From: an uncultured delta proteobacterium
GTDB taxonomy: Bacteria > Myxococcota > Kuafuiibacteriia > Kuafuiibacteriales > Kuafuiibacteriaceae
DNA: 64,000 bases
Assembly: GCA_963803435.1 (NCBI GenBank)
Contig: CAWDML010000001.1
Location: 2,144,001 to 2,208,000, forward strand
Reading direction: 5' to 3'
Shown in pieces: positions 35,981 to 46,844 of this stretch (its first letter is position 1; each line of letters starts with the position of its first letter). A model generated the notes under the pieces. That model did no database searches. It saw only the letters and a list, made by a program, of their open reading frames with translations, and had not been told where the DNA came from. The translations under genes were made by a program, and so were the position numbers.

Positions 35981-37929
35981 GTGGAACAGGTCGGACGATA
36001 CCGCGTACTCGAGCAGCTCGGTCAAACCGATGTCGCCGGAATCCATCGCGCTTATGAGGTGACCGGCGGCGGGCTGATCCGGGCCCTGACCCTGAAGAAG
36101 ATGCTCCCGGATCACGCGCGCCGCCTGGAGCACGACGCGGTGCTCGTCGAGGAGGCGCGCATCGCCGAGCAGCTCGATCATCCCAACCTCGTGAAGGTGG
36201 TCGACCTCGATCAGGCGGACGGGATCTGGTTCTCCGTCGAAGAGCGCGTCGAAGGCCGCGATCTCGGGACGCTGATCGCGAAGGCACGGCAGCGCGGCCA
36301 GAAGATCGATCGCGACACCGCGCTGTACGTCGCGATCCAGATCCTCCAGGGGCTGGAGCACGCCCACACGCGCACCGGGCCCAGCGGGCGGCCGCTCGGG
36401 ATCGTGCACCGCGACCTCTGCCCTCAGAACGTCTGGATCGGCTACGACGGTGACGTCCGGGTCGGAGGCTTCGGATACGCGCAGATCGAGGGCCGACCGG
36501 CGCCGGGAAAGCCGGGACTCGATCATCCGCGGTACGGCTACGTCAGCCCCGAGCAGGCGCTCGGCAGCACCCTCGATCAGCGGGCCGACGTCTTCGCGGC
36601 CGGTCTGATCCTCTGGGAGCTCCTCACCGGCCGCGCCGCCTACGAGGCGCCCGCGGACGCCGACGTGCTGGTCAAGGCGCGGCGCGGCTCGGTCCCCTCG
36701 ATCCGAACCGCGGCGCCCGAGATCGAGCCCGAGCTCCAGGAGGCGATCGAGCGGGCCACGTCGTTCACGCGCGACGGGCGGCAGGACTCCGCACAGGCGC
36801 TCCGCGACGAGCTGGCGCGGGTGCTCTCGCGGCGCGATCCGACGTATGGCCCCACCCAGCTGGCCGCGACCGTCGCCCGCATCCTCGCCGACGAAGCCGC
36901 CGAGGACCGGCGGAAGGATGCGGAGGCGCGGGCGATGCTCCGCGGTGCCGCCCTGCCCTCGTTCTCCGCGGCCCTCCCGCGACCGGCCGTGCCCGCGCCC
37001 GAGCCGGCGCCGGAGCCCCTTCGAGCGCCCCCGCCCGCGCGCGTGCAGGCGCCCGAGCCCGAGGCCGAGCCCGAGCCCGAGGCCGAGCCCGAGCCCGAGG
37101 CCGAGCCCGAGCCCGAGCCCGACGAGGGCGCCTACGCCGATGCGTTCTCCGAGCCCGCCGGCCGCGAGGTCGAGCCCACGCCGATGCCCTTCGTCCCGGA
37201 TCGCGGCGCGCCGCAGCCGCCGGCCGGCTTCCCTCCGCCGGATCTCGGCGACGGACGACCATCCTTCGGAAAGCTGGCCTCGGGGGTGGCGGTGCTCGGC
37301 CTGGTGGTGGTCGCGATCTTCGCCCTCTCGTCCGAGTCCAACATGCGTCTCGTGAAGCGCAAGGCGCGCGAGGCCGTCATGGGCCGCAAGGCGGGCGGCA
37401 ACCTCACGATCGACTCACTCCCGAGCGGAGCCCAGGTGAAGTTCGACGACGAGCCGACCGGCAAGACCACGCCGGTGACCATCGAGAACGTCGAGTCCGA
37501 GGTGGCGCACGTGGTCCAGCTGGAGCTCGACGGCGAGCAACCGGTCACCGGGACCGTCAGCGTGGAGGCCAACGCGAACCAGACGTTCACGCTGACCTTC
37601 AAGGACGCGATCGTGGATCTTCGGGTGAAGGTCGAGCCGCCAGCCGCCGAGGTGTATCGCAATGGCCGTCAGATCGCGCTCGCGCCCACCACGCTGCCGG
37701 TGCGCGCCGGCGAGCCGATCAAGATCGCGCTCAAGAAGCTGGGCTACAAGACCTTCGAACAAGAGATCACCCCGAACGCGGAAAGGCGTTCGATCTCGAG
37801 GTGAAGCTCGAGAAGACCGACGATCTGCTGGCGGCCGAAGCCGAAGAGGAGGCGGCGCTCAGAGCCGAGGCCGGGAAGTCTCGCAAGGGCGTCCCCAAGA
37901 AGAAGCCGCGGAAGAACAAGGTCCGCTGA
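35981..37929 (+). CDS. Ser/Thr kinase-like (probable pseudokinase), TM, two PEGA domains; frameshift at ~37780
   Basis: HRDLCPQN intact but Gly-loop is GQTDVA and DFG is GFG. Adding one base gives KAFDLEVKLEK...KNKVR* ending at 37929. Confidence 0.8.
37052..37120 (+). repeat. Coding tandem repeat (CCCGAGCCCGAGGCCGAG)n, PEPEAE linker
   Basis: Read directly; in frame within the kinase-like gene. Confidence 0.85.
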
Positions 37930-37935
37930 GCCGCG

Positions 37936-40028
37936 ATGTCCGCCGGTGTCGCCCTCCCCCGCGTGCCGGGGTTTCAGATCCTCCGCCGGATCGGCTCGGG
38001 CGGACTGGGCGCGCTGTTCGAGGCCGTGCGCATCGGGCCCCGCGGCTTCGAAGACGCGGTGGTCCTGGAGCAGATCGGCGGCGACGGTAGGCTCGATCGC
38101 ACGGGGCGTCGGCTGCTGCACCCCAACATCGCCCGAACCGACGACCTCCTCGATCTCGACGATCGCTACCTGGTGATGGAGATGCTGCGCGGTCGGATCG
38201 CGGCCGACGTCCTCGGGCCGCCGGTCCCATGGTGGATGGTCGTGGAGATTGCGCTCCAAGCGCTGGCCGGGCTCGAGCACGCGCACCAGCACGGCGTGGA
38301 GCACGGCGCGCTCACCCTCGCGAGCCTCTTCCTCAGCGCCGACGGGACGGTGAAGATCCTCGACCTCGGGATCGCGAGCACGAAGCGGAGCGGCGAGGAC
38401 CTCCTCCAGCTGGCGGCGGCGCTGCGACCGCTGCTGGGAGATGACGCTCCGGAGGCCGTCGTGCGCTGCCTGTCGCAGGCCTTCGATTCACCGCGCCTGA
38501 TGCGGAAGGCGCTCGAGCCCCTGGCTGAAGAGGCGACGGCGCGGGGGCCGGAGGCGATCGCGTCCCATCTGGCCAGGTTCGCTCCGGCACGGGAGGGCCC
38601 GCGTGCGTCGGCCGCGCTCCTCCCCGGGCCGAGCCGCTTCGGGACGATCGCGCTGGTGCTCCTGGCGCTCTCCGCGGTGGCGATCGGCGCGGGCAGCGGG
38701 CTGCTCTTCAGCCACCCGATCTCGATGGCGCCGAAGGCCGAGACCTCCGACCAGCCGCGGTTCACACGCCTGACCGAGCGGCGCGGCGAGATCGTCTCCG
38801 CCCGCTTCGAGGCGGACGGCGCCCACGTGGTCTACACCGCCGCCTGGGACGGCGCGGCGGCGGCGACCTTTCTCGCGGAGCCCGACGGCGGCGGCGTGCG
38901 CCGTCTCGAGCGCGCGGACCCCCAGCGAGAGTCGCGGCGCTCGCCGAACGGGACGCAGGCGGCCGCGATCCACGATGATCGCGTGGTCACGATCGATCTC
39001 GCCACCAAGGTCGAGACCGCGCTCACCGAGCCGATGTCCGGTGTACGTACGCCGGTGTGGCGCGGTGAGGCGCTCCTCTTCGCCCGCGGCGGCGAGCTCT
39101 GGGCGGTCGGGCCGGATCAGCCTCCCGAGATGATCCTACGAACGATCGGCGATCTCCGGATCGAGGACGTCGGCCCGGAGGGGAGCGTGCTGGTCGCCGA
39201 CGGAGAGACGACGCACACGATCACGTTGATCGGTCCCGAGCCGGAGCAGCGGCGGGTCGACCTCTTCGAAAGCGACGAGACCTTCCTGACGGACATCTCG
39301 GGCGACGGTCGCTCGGTCCTTCTCGGCGACCACGCGCGCGTCCGCGCCATCGGCGGCGCGCCCTCTCTCTCTCGGTCCCGGCCTCCCGGCCGCGCTCTCC
39401 GCTGACGGCCGCCTCGCCGCGGTGATCGCGCCGGACGCCCGCCGCCTGACCGTAGCTCCGCTGGGACCGGCGGGGTCTCGCGCTGGGGTCGGCCTCGACG
39501 CCGGGCGAGATCTGCGCCGCCGCCTTCCTCCCCGACGGCCGCCTCCTGGTCTCGAGCACCGCCACCAGCGGCGAGGCCCGGCTCGCCATCGCCGACCCCG
39601 GCGCCGGCACCGCGCGCCGACTCGGGGTGGCCGGTCTCTCCTTCGACCGCGGCACTCGCCCGATCGCCCCCGACGGCACCCGGGCGGCCGTCCGGACCGC
39701 GACCGGGACCCTGGTGCTCCTCGACCTCGAGCACGGCGACCGCCGGCCCCTGGGCGTGCTGGCGGCCGGCGAGCGCGTCCTCGCCTGGTCCACCGACGGA
39801 ACGTCGCTGCTCGTGGTGCGGCTGGGCGAGCCGCGCGCCTGGATCGATCGGATCGACGTCGCGACGGGGGTGCGCTCCCATCACTTCGAGCTGGTTCCGC
39901 CCGACCCGGCCGGGACGGTCGCGATCGACGGCGCGGTCCTCGATCCAGAGACGGGAGCGCTGGCCTTCTCGTATCGCCGCTCGATCTCGACTTTGTATCG
40001 GGTCGACTGGCCGGCTACCAGTAAATGA
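37936..40028 (+). CDS. Degenerate kinase domain + TM + TolB-like beta-propeller; two frameshifts (~39370, ~39480-39500)
   Basis: IGSGGLG Gly-loop, HPNIA, HGALT replaces HRD, KILDLG. Propeller motifs RSPNG, ISGDG, LSADG, FLPDG, WSTDG continue across ORFs 37936, 39422 and 39627. Confidence 0.7.
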
Positions 40029-42768
40029 AGCGCCGGAACAGCCACTGCTGCCCCTTCGGCAGCGCGTCGACCTCCGGGATCAGCCACTGGTTGTCCTCGA
40101 GATCGGTGAGCACCTTGCCTGTCCGCCCGTAGTCCTGCGCCTGACTCTGGCTCCATCGCATCATCAACTGCTGGGCGCCGCGGGGCGTCTGCACTCGGAG
40201 CGTGAGGATGCCGACCGAGAGCGACATGTGATCGATCGCTTCGATCACCTGCAGGTAGTAGCGGCGGGCGAGCGCCTCGCCGATCAAGCGCTGCGCCTCC
40301 TCGCCCCACTCCGAGAGGTCCCGCACGATCCCGATCTCGCGCTCCGGTCCGTCGCCGCTGGCGGCCCGCAGGCAGATCCAGCGGCCCGGACGCGTCGGAA
40401 ATGCCAGGGCGGCCACCACCCCGCCGTGCGTCTCACCGGAGTCGGCGAGCTGGATCGAGACACCACCCCGCGGCCCGCGCGTGATGGTGGCGTCGCCGGG
40501 CGACAGCCAGCTCGGGGTGAAGAGCGCACGGTTCTTCGGCGCCTCCTCCTCCGGCTTCACGGTCTCCGACAGCGTCTCGATGGGCGCGTTCTCGGAGAGG
40601 CGCGACTGCATCCGGATCAGGTTGGCGTAGATCCCGCCCTGCGCCAGGAGCTCGACGTGGCTGCCATCCTCCACCAGCTTGCCGCGATCGAACACCAGGA
40701 TCCGTGACGCGTGCCGCAGCGTCGAGAGCCGATGGGCGATGGCGATGACCGTGCGCCCGCGCGTGATCTCCTCGAGCGCGTCCTGGATGGCACGCTCCGA
40801 CTCGGTGTCGAGATTGCTGGTCGCTTCGTCGAGGATCAGGATCGCCGGGTCGTAGAGGAGCGCCCGCGCGATCGCCATGCGCTGCCGCTCTCCGCCCGAG
40901 AGATTCGTGCCGCGCTCGCCGACCTGCGAGTCGTAGCCGAACGGCGCCTTCATGATGAACTCGTGCGCGTGCGCCGCCTTGGCCGCGGAGATGCCTTGCT
41001 CGACGGAGGCGTCGGTGTGGCCGTAGACGAGGTTCTGCCAGATCGTCCCGCGGAAGAGGAACGTCTCCTGGAGCACAATCCCGACGCGGCGCCGCAGGTC
41101 GTGGCGCGAGACGTCGCGCACGTCGGCGCCATCGATCGAGACCTTCCCTTCGTGCACGTCGTAGAAGCGGCAGATCAGGTTGACCAGCGTGGTCTTGCCC
41201 GATCCGCTCTTACCGACGATACCGACCATCTGCCCGCGCGGGATCTCGAACGACACGTTCTCGATCACGGGCAGATGCCGATCGTAGCCGAACGTGACCT
41301 CGTCGAAACGGATCGCGCCCAGCACCTCCTGCATCGGCGTGGGCGCCGACGGGTCGAGCATCTCGGGCGGCGTGTCCATCAGCTCGAGCACCCGCGCGCT
41401 GGAGGCGATGAAGCTGGAGAGCCAGGTGGTCAGCTGCGCCAGTGTCGAGAGCGGTGCGTAGAACATCGACAGATAGGCGAGGAAGGCCATCAGCTCGCCC
41501 AGCGACATGCGCTCGTCGATCACGTCGCGGCCGCCGACGTACCAGACGATCAGCCCGCCCAGGCTGAAGACCAGCGACATGATCACGCCGTAGGTCGTCG
41601 AGGAGGTTCCGACGTCGATGCGCGAGTCCCGCAGATGTCCGCTGATCGAGTCGAACCGGTCGAGCTCCCGCTGCTCCTGGGCGAACGCCTTCACCACGCG
41701 CACGCCCGAGAGCATGCCGAGGAGCGCGACCACCTGCTTACCGACCGAGTCCGAGAGACGGTAGTACTTCGGGTAGATGTACCTCCAGAAGATGATGCTG
41801 CCCCCCATCACCAGCGGGGCCGGAATCAGCGTGAAGAGCGCGAGCTTCGCGTTGAGCACGAACAGCATCACGCCCACGCCGACGAACTGGAGCAGCTGCA
41901 GCAGGAACCCGTTCGTGAGCTGGTAGAGGAACCCGTAGAGCGCCTCGGTGTCCTGGGTGACGCGGCTGACCAGCATCCCCACCTGATTGCGGTCGTAGAA
42001 CGCGATCGGCAGATCGTGGAGCTTCTCCACCAGCCGCTTGCGCAGCGAGTAGGTGAGCTCGGTCCCGATCCGGTGTGAGACGATCCCCTTGAGCTGACCC
42101 ACGCCGGCGCTGATCACGCGCGTCAGCGCCAGTGCCAGCACGATCGCGCCGATCGATCCGATCATCCCGGTGGCGGGGGCCTGGTGACCGGCGCGAAGAA
42201 CGTCGTCCACCAGGTACTCCTGGAGCTTGGGCGGAACCAGCGACACCCCGATCCCGAGGAGCAGGAGGAGAAACAGCACCGCCGTCGACCAGCGGTAGGG
42301 CCGCACCAGCTCCCAGATGCGCTTCACCACGGCGCGTCGGTCGATGCATTGAGGACAGATCTCGCCCACGTCGCGAAGCTTGGCGCCGCAGCTCGGGCAG
42401 CGCTCGCCGAGCTTCTCGTCGGGATGGATCTCGAAGCGCCCCTCCTTCTTCAGCTCGGAGAGCTTCGCGGCGACCTTGCTGAAGCGCTGGGCCAGGCCCT
42501 TCGAGTAGCGGAGGAGATCGATCCACACGCCGTCGACCTGCGCCTGAAGGAACCCGGAGCCGACGGCCCCGTAGGCGCGGAAGCTCTTGGCCTCCGCGAT
42601 CGAGACCTCACGGACCGACTCGGTGACCGCGCCGACCACCGTGATCCACTCATGGGTGACGATCAGCCACTCCGAAGTGCGGTCGCCGGCCAGGTCGATG
42701 TCGGTGGAGATCGTGAGCAGTAGAGGCTGGCCGTCGACGTGCGAGGACCCCTTCAGGGCCGCCAGCAC
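40015..42768 (-). CDS. ABC exporter (TMD+NBD) with N-terminal CxxC module and C-terminal DUF1854-like domain
   Basis: GKSGSGKTT, LSGGERQR, LILDEAT, IAHRLST; CPSC...CPQC; C-terminal AFP...EIG...L.RRY..TD...N.W.IP. Confidence 0.88.
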   Translation of the reverse strand: MLAALKGSSHVDGQPLLLTISTDIDLAGDRTSEWLIVTHEWITVVGAVTESVREVSIAEAKSFRAYGAVGSGFLQAQVDGVWIDLLRYSKGLAQRFSKVAAKLSELKKEGRFEIHPDEKLGERCPSCGAKLRDVGEICPQCIDRRAVVKRIWELVRPYRWSTAVLFLLLLLGIGVSLVPPKLQEYLVDDVLRAGHQAPATGMIGSIGAIVLALALTRVISAGVGQLKGIVSHRIGTELTYSLRKRLVEKLHDLPIAFYDRNQVGMLVSRVTQDTEALYGFLYQLTNGFLLQLLQFVGVGVMLFVLNAKLALFTLIPAPLVMGGSIIFWRYIYPKYYRLSDSVGKQVVALLGMLSGVRVVKAFAQEQRELDRFDSISGHLRDSRIDVGTSSTTYGVIMSLVFSLGGLIVWYVGGRDVIDERMSLGELMAFLAYLSMFYAPLSTLAQLTTWLSSFIASSARVLELMDTPPEMLDPSAPTPMQEVLGAIRFDEVTFGYDRHLPVIENVSFEIPRGQMVGIVGKSGSGKTTLVNLICRFYDVHEGKVSIDGADVRDVSRHDLRRRVGIVLQETFLFRGTIWQNLVYGHTDASVEQGISAAKAAHAHEFIMKAPFGYDSQVGERGTNLSGGERQRMAIARALLYDPAILILDEATSNLDTESERAIQDALEEITRGRTVIAIAHRLSTLRHASRILVFDRGKLVEDGSHVELLAQGGIYANLIRMQSRLSENAPIETLSETVKPEEEAPKNRALFTPSWLSPGDATITRGPRGGVSIQLADSGETHGGVVAALAFPTRPGRWICLRAASGDGPEREIGIVRDLSEWGEEAQRLIGEALARRYYLQVIEAIDHMSLSVGILTLRVQTPRGAQQLMMRWSQSQAQDYGRTGKVLTDLEDNQWLIPEVDALPKGQQWLFRRFIYW

Positions 42769-42847
42769 CGACGCAGGCGCATCCTCTTTGAGGCCGGTTC
42801 CCTCGATGGATCACGATCATGCACGGCCGAACGACCGCAGGCTACCG

Positions 42848-44260
42848 TCAGCCGACCGCGCAAGCCGCGCGCGCCAGCGCACGCAGACACGCGATCGGAC
42901 GGCCCCGGTTCACGCGCAGGTAGCCGATCCCCGCGCTCCTGCACGCACGAGCCAGCAGGTGATCGGCGCCGAGCGACGAGAAACCGAGGGCCGAGAGCAC
43001 CACATCGTAGTGGCGGCTCTCGATCGCCTCACCGATGTCCCGGAGGCGTTTGGGCTCGGCCACCCGCCAGATCAACTCCGCCCCCTCGATGGCGCCTGTC
43101 AACCGAGCTTGCAGATCAGGATCGCGACGCGTCGCCACCAGCACCAACCGCTTCCCCGTGTAGGCCCCGCGCACCTGGTCGATCAGCGCGGCCGGGAGCT
43201 CGAGCCCCGGGCGCACCTCGATGTCCTCGGCCAGCGCCGCCAGCCAGGTGCCGTCGGGGACGTACGCCGGATCGAGCTCGCGCGCCGCAGCCGCCAGCCC
43301 GGGATCGCGGCGTCCCGCCCACCAGCGGAGCCGACCGGCGGCGCGCGCCCATCGTTCGGGATCGGACGCTGAGCCGCGCAGCCACCGCAGGCGGCGCACC
43401 CAGTAGAGGAACTCGTCGGCGTCGGGCCGCATCGCGGTCTTCGGCTCGGCGCGCTCCAGCGGACCGGTCTTGCGCTCGATCGATCCGATCAGCCGATCGA
43501 TCTGGGCCTCCGCCTCTGCGGGCGCGGGACGGGCCTCGGCCGGATCGGCCCACCCATACGTGTCGAAGCCGCGCCGCTCGTCACCGAACTCGAGGCCGAG
43601 CAAGGCGCGCTCGGCCAGCTCGGAGGCGCGGAGCCAGGTCGTCGCGACGCCGCCCAGGAGATGCCGCGGAAGATCCCTCGGCTGCATGTGCAGCTGCAGC
43701 GCCGTCACGCTCCCAGGCCAGAACGACTTGCCGATCTCGGTGAGCAGGCGCGAGACCACGGCCACGGCGTCGCGGATCTTGGTCTCGTCGGGAAACAGCT
43801 CCGTATGCGCGCGCGCTTCGCAGATGAACGCGTAGATCGCGAGCCGCTGCCGCTCGGGCGAGCACAGGCCCAGCTCGTCCCGGGTGTCGCGGATCCGCTG
43901 CTCGATCACCGCGATCTCGTCGAGCGAACGGGAGAGATCGGGGGGCGGCGGCGCCGAGTTTGGCACCAGCTGGGGCGGCCCGTTGCGCCGGCTCTCGCTG
44001 GTCGGTCGCTCGGGTCGCTTGCTCGGGGTCCGCGAGGGCGCCTGCTCCACCTCGGCCACGGCGCGCTCGAGCAGCGCCCGCGCCAGCTGGGACGGACAGG
44101 CGTTCGAGAGGGCGTCCTCCAGCGCGGCACGCCGGTCGGGCCCCCGACCCGTCCAGGACTCCTTCTCGGTGAAGAGGAAGCACTCGACCCACTCGTGCTC
44201 CCGGAAGCGGATCTCGTAGCCGAAGCCCTCCAGCATGCCGCGGAGTGCCTCGACGCCCAT
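42848..44260 (-). CDS. Hypothetical protein with C-terminal DUF2325-like alpha/beta segment
   Basis: Long ORF with coding-type codon usage. ATG 44260 (MGVEAL) assumed; GTG 44296 is possible. Confidence 0.7.
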   Translation of the reverse strand: MGVEALRGMLEGFGYEIRFREHEWVECFLFTEKESWTGRGPDRRAALEDALSNACPSQLARALLERAVAEVEQAPSRTPSKRPERPTSESRRNGPPQLVPNSAPPPPDLSRSLDEIAVIEQRIRDTRDELGLCSPERQRLAIYAFICEARAHTELFPDETKIRDAVAVVSRLLTEIGKSFWPGSVTALQLHMQPRDLPRHLLGGVATTWLRASELAERALLGLEFGDERRGFDTYGWADPAEARPAPAEAEAQIDRLIGSIERKTGPLERAEPKTAMRPDADEFLYWVRRLRWLRGSASDPERWARAAGRLRWWAGRRDPGLAAAARELDPAYVPDGTWLAALAEDIEVRPGLELPAALIDQVRGAYTGKRLVLVATRRDPDLQARLTGAIEGAELIWRVAEPKRLRDIGEAIESRHYDVVLSALGFSSLGADHLLARACRSAGIGYLRVNRGRPIACLRALARAACAVG

Positions 44261-44309
44261 CGCCTGCCCGTACCTCGCGTCGGACGGCACCCGCAAGGGG
44301 TCGCGGCTC

Positions 44310-44726
44310 CTACCCGAGCACCGTAACCTCGAGCGTGCGCCGATGCGCGTCGTGCCGGTGCTCGAACAGGTAGAGCCCCTGCCAGGTCCCCAGGGAGAGA
44401 CGGCCGCCGCGCACCGGGATCGACACGCTGGTCGCCGTCAGCACCGCGCGGATGTGGCTCGGCATGTCGTCGGGGCCCTCCGCGGTGTGCACGAAGCGCG
44501 GATCGCCGTCTTTCACCAGGTCGGAGAGGAACCGCTCGAGGTCCCGCTGCACGTCGGGATCCGCGTTCTCGCTGACGATCAGAGAGGCGCTGGTGTGGCG
44601 GATGAAGACGTTGCAGAGCCCGCTGGGGATGCCGGCAGCGGCGACGATGCGATCGACCTTGGCGCTGACATCGTAGAGGGAGCGTCCGCGGGTCTCGACG
44701 ATCAGCGTGTCGGCATGAACCGCCAT
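44310..44726 (-). CDS. yjbQ: YjbQ/UPF0047 family protein
   Basis: HTSASL..ENADPDV, H..EGPDDMPSHI, LGTWQG.YL.EHR. Confidence 0.92.
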   Translation of the reverse strand: MAVHADTLIVETRGRSLYDVSAKVDRIVAAAGIPSGLCNVFIRHTSASLIVSENADPDVQRDLERFLSDLVKDGDPRFVHTAEGPDDMPSHIRAVLTATSVSIPVRGGRLSLGTWQGLYLFEHRHDAHRRTLEVTVLG

Positions 44727-44744
44727 CGCCTCCGCATTGCCACT

Positions 44745-45542
44745 TCAGACCGCAGTGCGCAAGCGATGGGCGAGGCCGAAGTGGGCGGAGACGGCGCGCT
44801 TCTCGAGGCCCGCTACCTCCAGGATCACGTAGCGACCGCGTCGCTTGGCGATCAGCCCGTCGTCGCTCCAGCGCCGCATCGTCTGGTTGATCGTCTTGCG
44901 CGACACGGCGAGCGAGCTGGCCAGCAGCTGCTGCGACAGTCGGACCTCGAGCATGAGGCCGCCGCCCTGCAGCTGCACCGAGAACAGCTTCGCGTGATCG
45001 AGCAGGAAGCTGGCCAAGCGCGACTCCACCGGAGAGAACGCGAGCGATCGCTCGTGTTCCCGCGCGATGCAGAGCCGCTCCACCAGGTCGCGGACCAGAC
45101 CATAGGCGAAGCGCGGCTCGCTCTTAAGCGTGCGGTCGAACTGATCGCGCGGGATCCGGATGACCTCGGACGGCACCACGGTCACGACCGACTCGAGCGA
45201 GGCGATGCCCATGAGGGCCTCGCTCTCACCGAACAGCCCGGGTGCGCCGAGCAGCTTCACCACGGCCTCTCCGTCCTCGCTGCCCGGGGCGCGGTGGGCG
45301 ATGCGAACGCCTCCGCTGACGAGCACGTGGACGTCGGTGGCCGCTTCGCCCTCTCGGATCACCTTCCGGCCGGCGCGGAAGCGGGTCAGCACGCACTTGG
45401 CGGCGAGCTGCTCCAGCCGGCGCGGATCGATGAGGCGGCACAAGGGGTTCGCTCGGAGCTTACTGAGGACCTCGGGAGAGGCCGCTTCGATCGGGGCGGG
45501 CGGCGGTGGGGCGGTCAGGGTGGCCTGCGGGATCGTCTCCAT
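44745..45542 (-). CDS. Crp/Fnr family transcriptional regulator
   Basis: VIREGE, LVSGGV, LFGE cNMP-type domain; RLASFLL, LSQQLLA..LAVSRKTINQ helix-turn-helix. Confidence 0.88.
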   Translation of the reverse strand: METIPQATLTAPPPPAPIEAASPEVLSKLRANPLCRLIDPRRLEQLAAKCVLTRFRAGRKVIREGEAATDVHVLVSGGVRIAHRAPGSEDGEAVVKLLGAPGLFGESEALMGIASLESVVTVVPSEVIRIPRDQFDRTLKSEPRFAYGLVRDLVERLCIAREHERSLAFSPVESRLASFLLDHAKLFSVQLQGGGLMLEVRLSQQLLASSLAVSRKTINQTMRRWSDDGLIAKRRGRYVILEVAGLEKRAVSAHFGLAHRLRTAV

Positions 45543-45644
45543 CGATTGAGGGCGGTGTGCACCAACCGTTCCATTCGGAACAGCCCTCAGGAGCGGTCGC
45601 TGACCGCATCGTCCACGGCGTATTTCGTGAACAAGGTGACTGGT

Positions 45645-46785
45645 TCACCCAACACTCGCCTCCTCCTCTTCGGGCTTCGGCGGGCTGCCGACCTTGAGGA
45701 GGAAAGCCTCCATGAAGCCGTCGAGATCGCCGTCGAGCACCGCGTCGAAGTTGGAGACCTCGAAGTCGGTCCGGTGATCCTTCACCAGGCGGTAGGGATG
45801 ATTGACGTACGAGCGGATCTGCGAGCCCCACTCGATCTTGAGCTGCATGCTGTTGGCCTTCGCCAGCTCCGCGTCCTGCTGCGCCTTCAGGTAGTCGTAG
45901 AGCCGGCTGGTCAGGATCTTCCGCGCGGTGGAGCGGTTCTTGTGCTGGCTCCGCTCGCTCTGACACTGGACCACAATCCCGGTCTCGAGGTGGGTCAGGC
46001 GGATCGCCGACTCCGTCTTGTTGACGTGCTGGCCGCCGGCCCCGCTGGCGCGGAAGCGATCCTCGCGCACGTCCTTCTCCCAGTCGACGTCGACGTCCAG
46101 CTCCTCGTCGAGCTCGGGTGTCACCCGCACCGCGGCGAAGGCGGTATGCCGCCGCGCGTTCGAGTCGAAGGGTGAGATCCGCACCAGGCGATGCACGCCC
46201 TCCTCCGCGCGAAGCCAGCCGAAGGCGTAATCGCCGCGCACCATGTAGGTGGCGCTCTTCAGCCCGACCTCCTCGCCGGCCTGGAAGTCGGCCTCCTCCA
46301 CCTTGAACCCGCGCCGTTCACACCAGCGCACGTACATGCGGAGCAGCATGCGCGCCCAGTCCTGGGCGTCGGCGCCGCCGGCCCCGGCATGGATCTCGAG
46401 GATCGCGTTCATGGCGTCGTGCTCGCCCGACATCATCCGGCGGAGCTCCATGTGCCCGAGCTCGTCGTTGGAGCGCGCGAGCAGCTCACCGATCTCGGCG
46501 TCGACCGACTCGTCTTCGCCCTCGAGCCCCAGATCGAGGAGGACCTCGGCGTCTTCCAGCCGGCGCTCCTCGACCTTGTATTCCTGAACGGTCCGCTCGA
46601 TCCGGGCCCGATCGCGCTCTAGCTTCTGCGCGCGCTCCTGGTTGTCCCAATAGCCCGGCTGTGCGGCCTGGGCAGCGAGCTCGGCGAGCTCGCGCTCCTT
46701 CTTGGCGATGTCAAAGATGCCCCCGGAGCGCGCCCAGGCGGCCCTTCAGAGCAGCCAGTTCTTCCTGCCGATCCGCGAGTGCCAT
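45645..46785 (-). CDS. prfB: Peptide chain release factor 2 (programmed +1 frameshift)
   Basis: ATG 46785, 24 codons to CGGGGG-CAT-CTT-TGA-C (slip site 46716-46710); +1 frame has SPF, GGQ and WGSQIRSY. Confidence 0.97.
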
Positions 46786-46844
46786 GATGCGCCTGGGTAG
46801 CACGATTTGACTTTTCTCGGGAAGTTGAAGGAGCGTCAGGCTCG

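Noticed and set aside
37052-37120. PEPEAE repeat as a contingency locus
   Set aside because: Unit lengths are multiples of 3 in an ordinary flexible linker.
45627-45649. GTGAAC-N10-GTTCAC / GGTGA-N5-TCACC as a CRP box upstream of the crp-like gene
   Set aside because: Spacing does not fit TGTGA-N6-TCACA and one arm is the prfB stop region; it could be chance.
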